From: an uncultured Gammaproteobacteria bacterium
Lineage (GTDB): Bacteria > Pseudomonadota > Gammaproteobacteria > UBA9214
Assembly: GCA_963748215.1 (NCBI GenBank)
Contig: CAVVHS010000007.1
Coordinates: forward strand, 32,001-96,000
Direction of reading: 5' to 3'
Length of the DNA stretch: 64,000 bases
Part shown: positions 63,261 through 64,000 of the stretch, piece after piece
How positions within the stretch are numbered: the first letter of the stretch is position 1
Layout of the letters: each line of letters starts with the position of its first letter
Program-made: the position numbers and the translations under genes
The notes under the pieces: model-generated
The model's input: the letters and a program-made list of their open reading frames with translations, nothing else
Told to the model about the DNA's origin: nothing
Databases searched by the model: none

Positions 63261-64000
63261 CTACCGATTGTCGCTTGACGTCCTCAGGGAGGTGCTGAAA
63301 TATTCCAGGTCGCTCTGGTATTCGGCATCGTCTTTTTCGCGGTGCCAGATACGCACCGGGAGGTAGTGCAACGACGGCGCACACCAGATAAGGGTCTCGC
63401 GCTTGGTGTCTTCGCGCAGACGGGTGATCTTGACAGTCTCGAACATGCCGGCCGGCGTTTCCAGGGTTTCCTCGCCAACCACCTTGAAGCGGTACTCCTT
63501 GAGCTTGCCGCCATCGGCGATGTTGAAGGTGATGTCGGTATCGCCGCTGGCGAGCGCGTGCATCATGCCGAGTTGCGAGACCAGCTTGTCCAGGGTGCCG
63601 GCGGGGATGTCCATTTCCCACTTGCTGTCCTCGACATCATTCTGCACGCGCATATCTTTCCAGTTGAATGTCAGGTTGGCCTCGCGCTCTTTCCGCCCGC
63701 CGGTGCGCTGGTACGTATAGGTGTCAGGGCGTATCCCGGCAGCGGTGATCTTGCCGTGGCTGGTCTCGTACAGCTTGTCCTTCAGGAACCAGGCAACCCA
63801 TCGCACCGGCCAGCTGCGCGCTTTGTAGGTATAGCTGCCGTTGGCGCCGGTCGAGAGTTCGATGGTCGAGTTGCCGATTTTCATCGAGCCCCGCGAGAGC
63901 TCGTAGCTGGCCTTGAATGCGGGCATGACGAAACTGTCCTGTACACCGGCGGCAAGCAGTGTTGCCGCGAGCAGCAGGGCGACGGCAAGGATTGGTTTCA
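63261..64000 (-). CDS. DUF3108-like exported protein (start codon straddles the window edge)
   Basis: Frame stays open to the edge with signal peptide (M)KPILAVALLLAA; GEETLETPAGMFET, WCAPSLHYLPVRI. Confidence 0.8.
   Translation of the reverse strand, partial: KPILAVALLLAATLLAAGVQDSFVMPAFKASYELSRGSMKIGNSTIELSTGANGSYTYKARSWPVRWVAWFLKDKLYETSHGKITAAGIRPDTYTYQRTGGRKEREANLTFNWKDMRVQNDVEDSKWEMDIPAGTLDKLVSQLGMMHALASGDTDITFNIADGGKLKEYRFKVVGEETLETPAGMFETVKITRLREDTKRETLIWCAPSLHYLPVRIWHREKDDAEYQSDLEYFSTSLRTSSDNR

Overview
GC-rich chromosomal window, most likely from a sulfur-oxidising gammaproteobacterium (inferred from soxKXYZA + soxB without soxCD, tusA, rnf-nth-metG-apbC-dcd synteny). Left to right: cytochrome c maturation operon ccmABCDEF(G); a PAS/AAA+ sigma-54 activator; a decayed fragment of a multiheme cytochrome; DUF2059 and TlpA genes; a sigma-54 promoter driving a 1761-aa secreted protein with 10 CxxCH motifs plus PKD/Ig-like domains, followed by a PpiC/SurA-like foldase and a second TlpA; cytochrome c5; HupE/UreJ; soxB; soxKXYZA; bepA; tusA; two divergent FadL-family barrels; a nitrilase; an 8 x 120-bp REP-containing tandem array; M48 protease; an EamA transporter behind a candidate leader-peptide attenuator; slyX, purT; an EGKCG-precursor/DUF692/DUF2063/DoxX (bufferin/oxazolin-type RiPP) operon; nth, rnfABCDGE, metG, apbC, dcd, deaD and several exported proteins. 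The best candidate for an undescribed system is the giant adhesin-like decaheme cytochrome locus with its own activator, enhancer-like sites, foldase and thioredoxins. Also notable are IS-end-bounded miniature elements carrying REPs and a RAYT remnant. Frameshifts in conserved genes (ccmF, metG, apbC, deaD, DUF692) show the assembly has indel errors, so pseudogene calls need caution. All family assignments are from motif recognition by eye; no searches were run.
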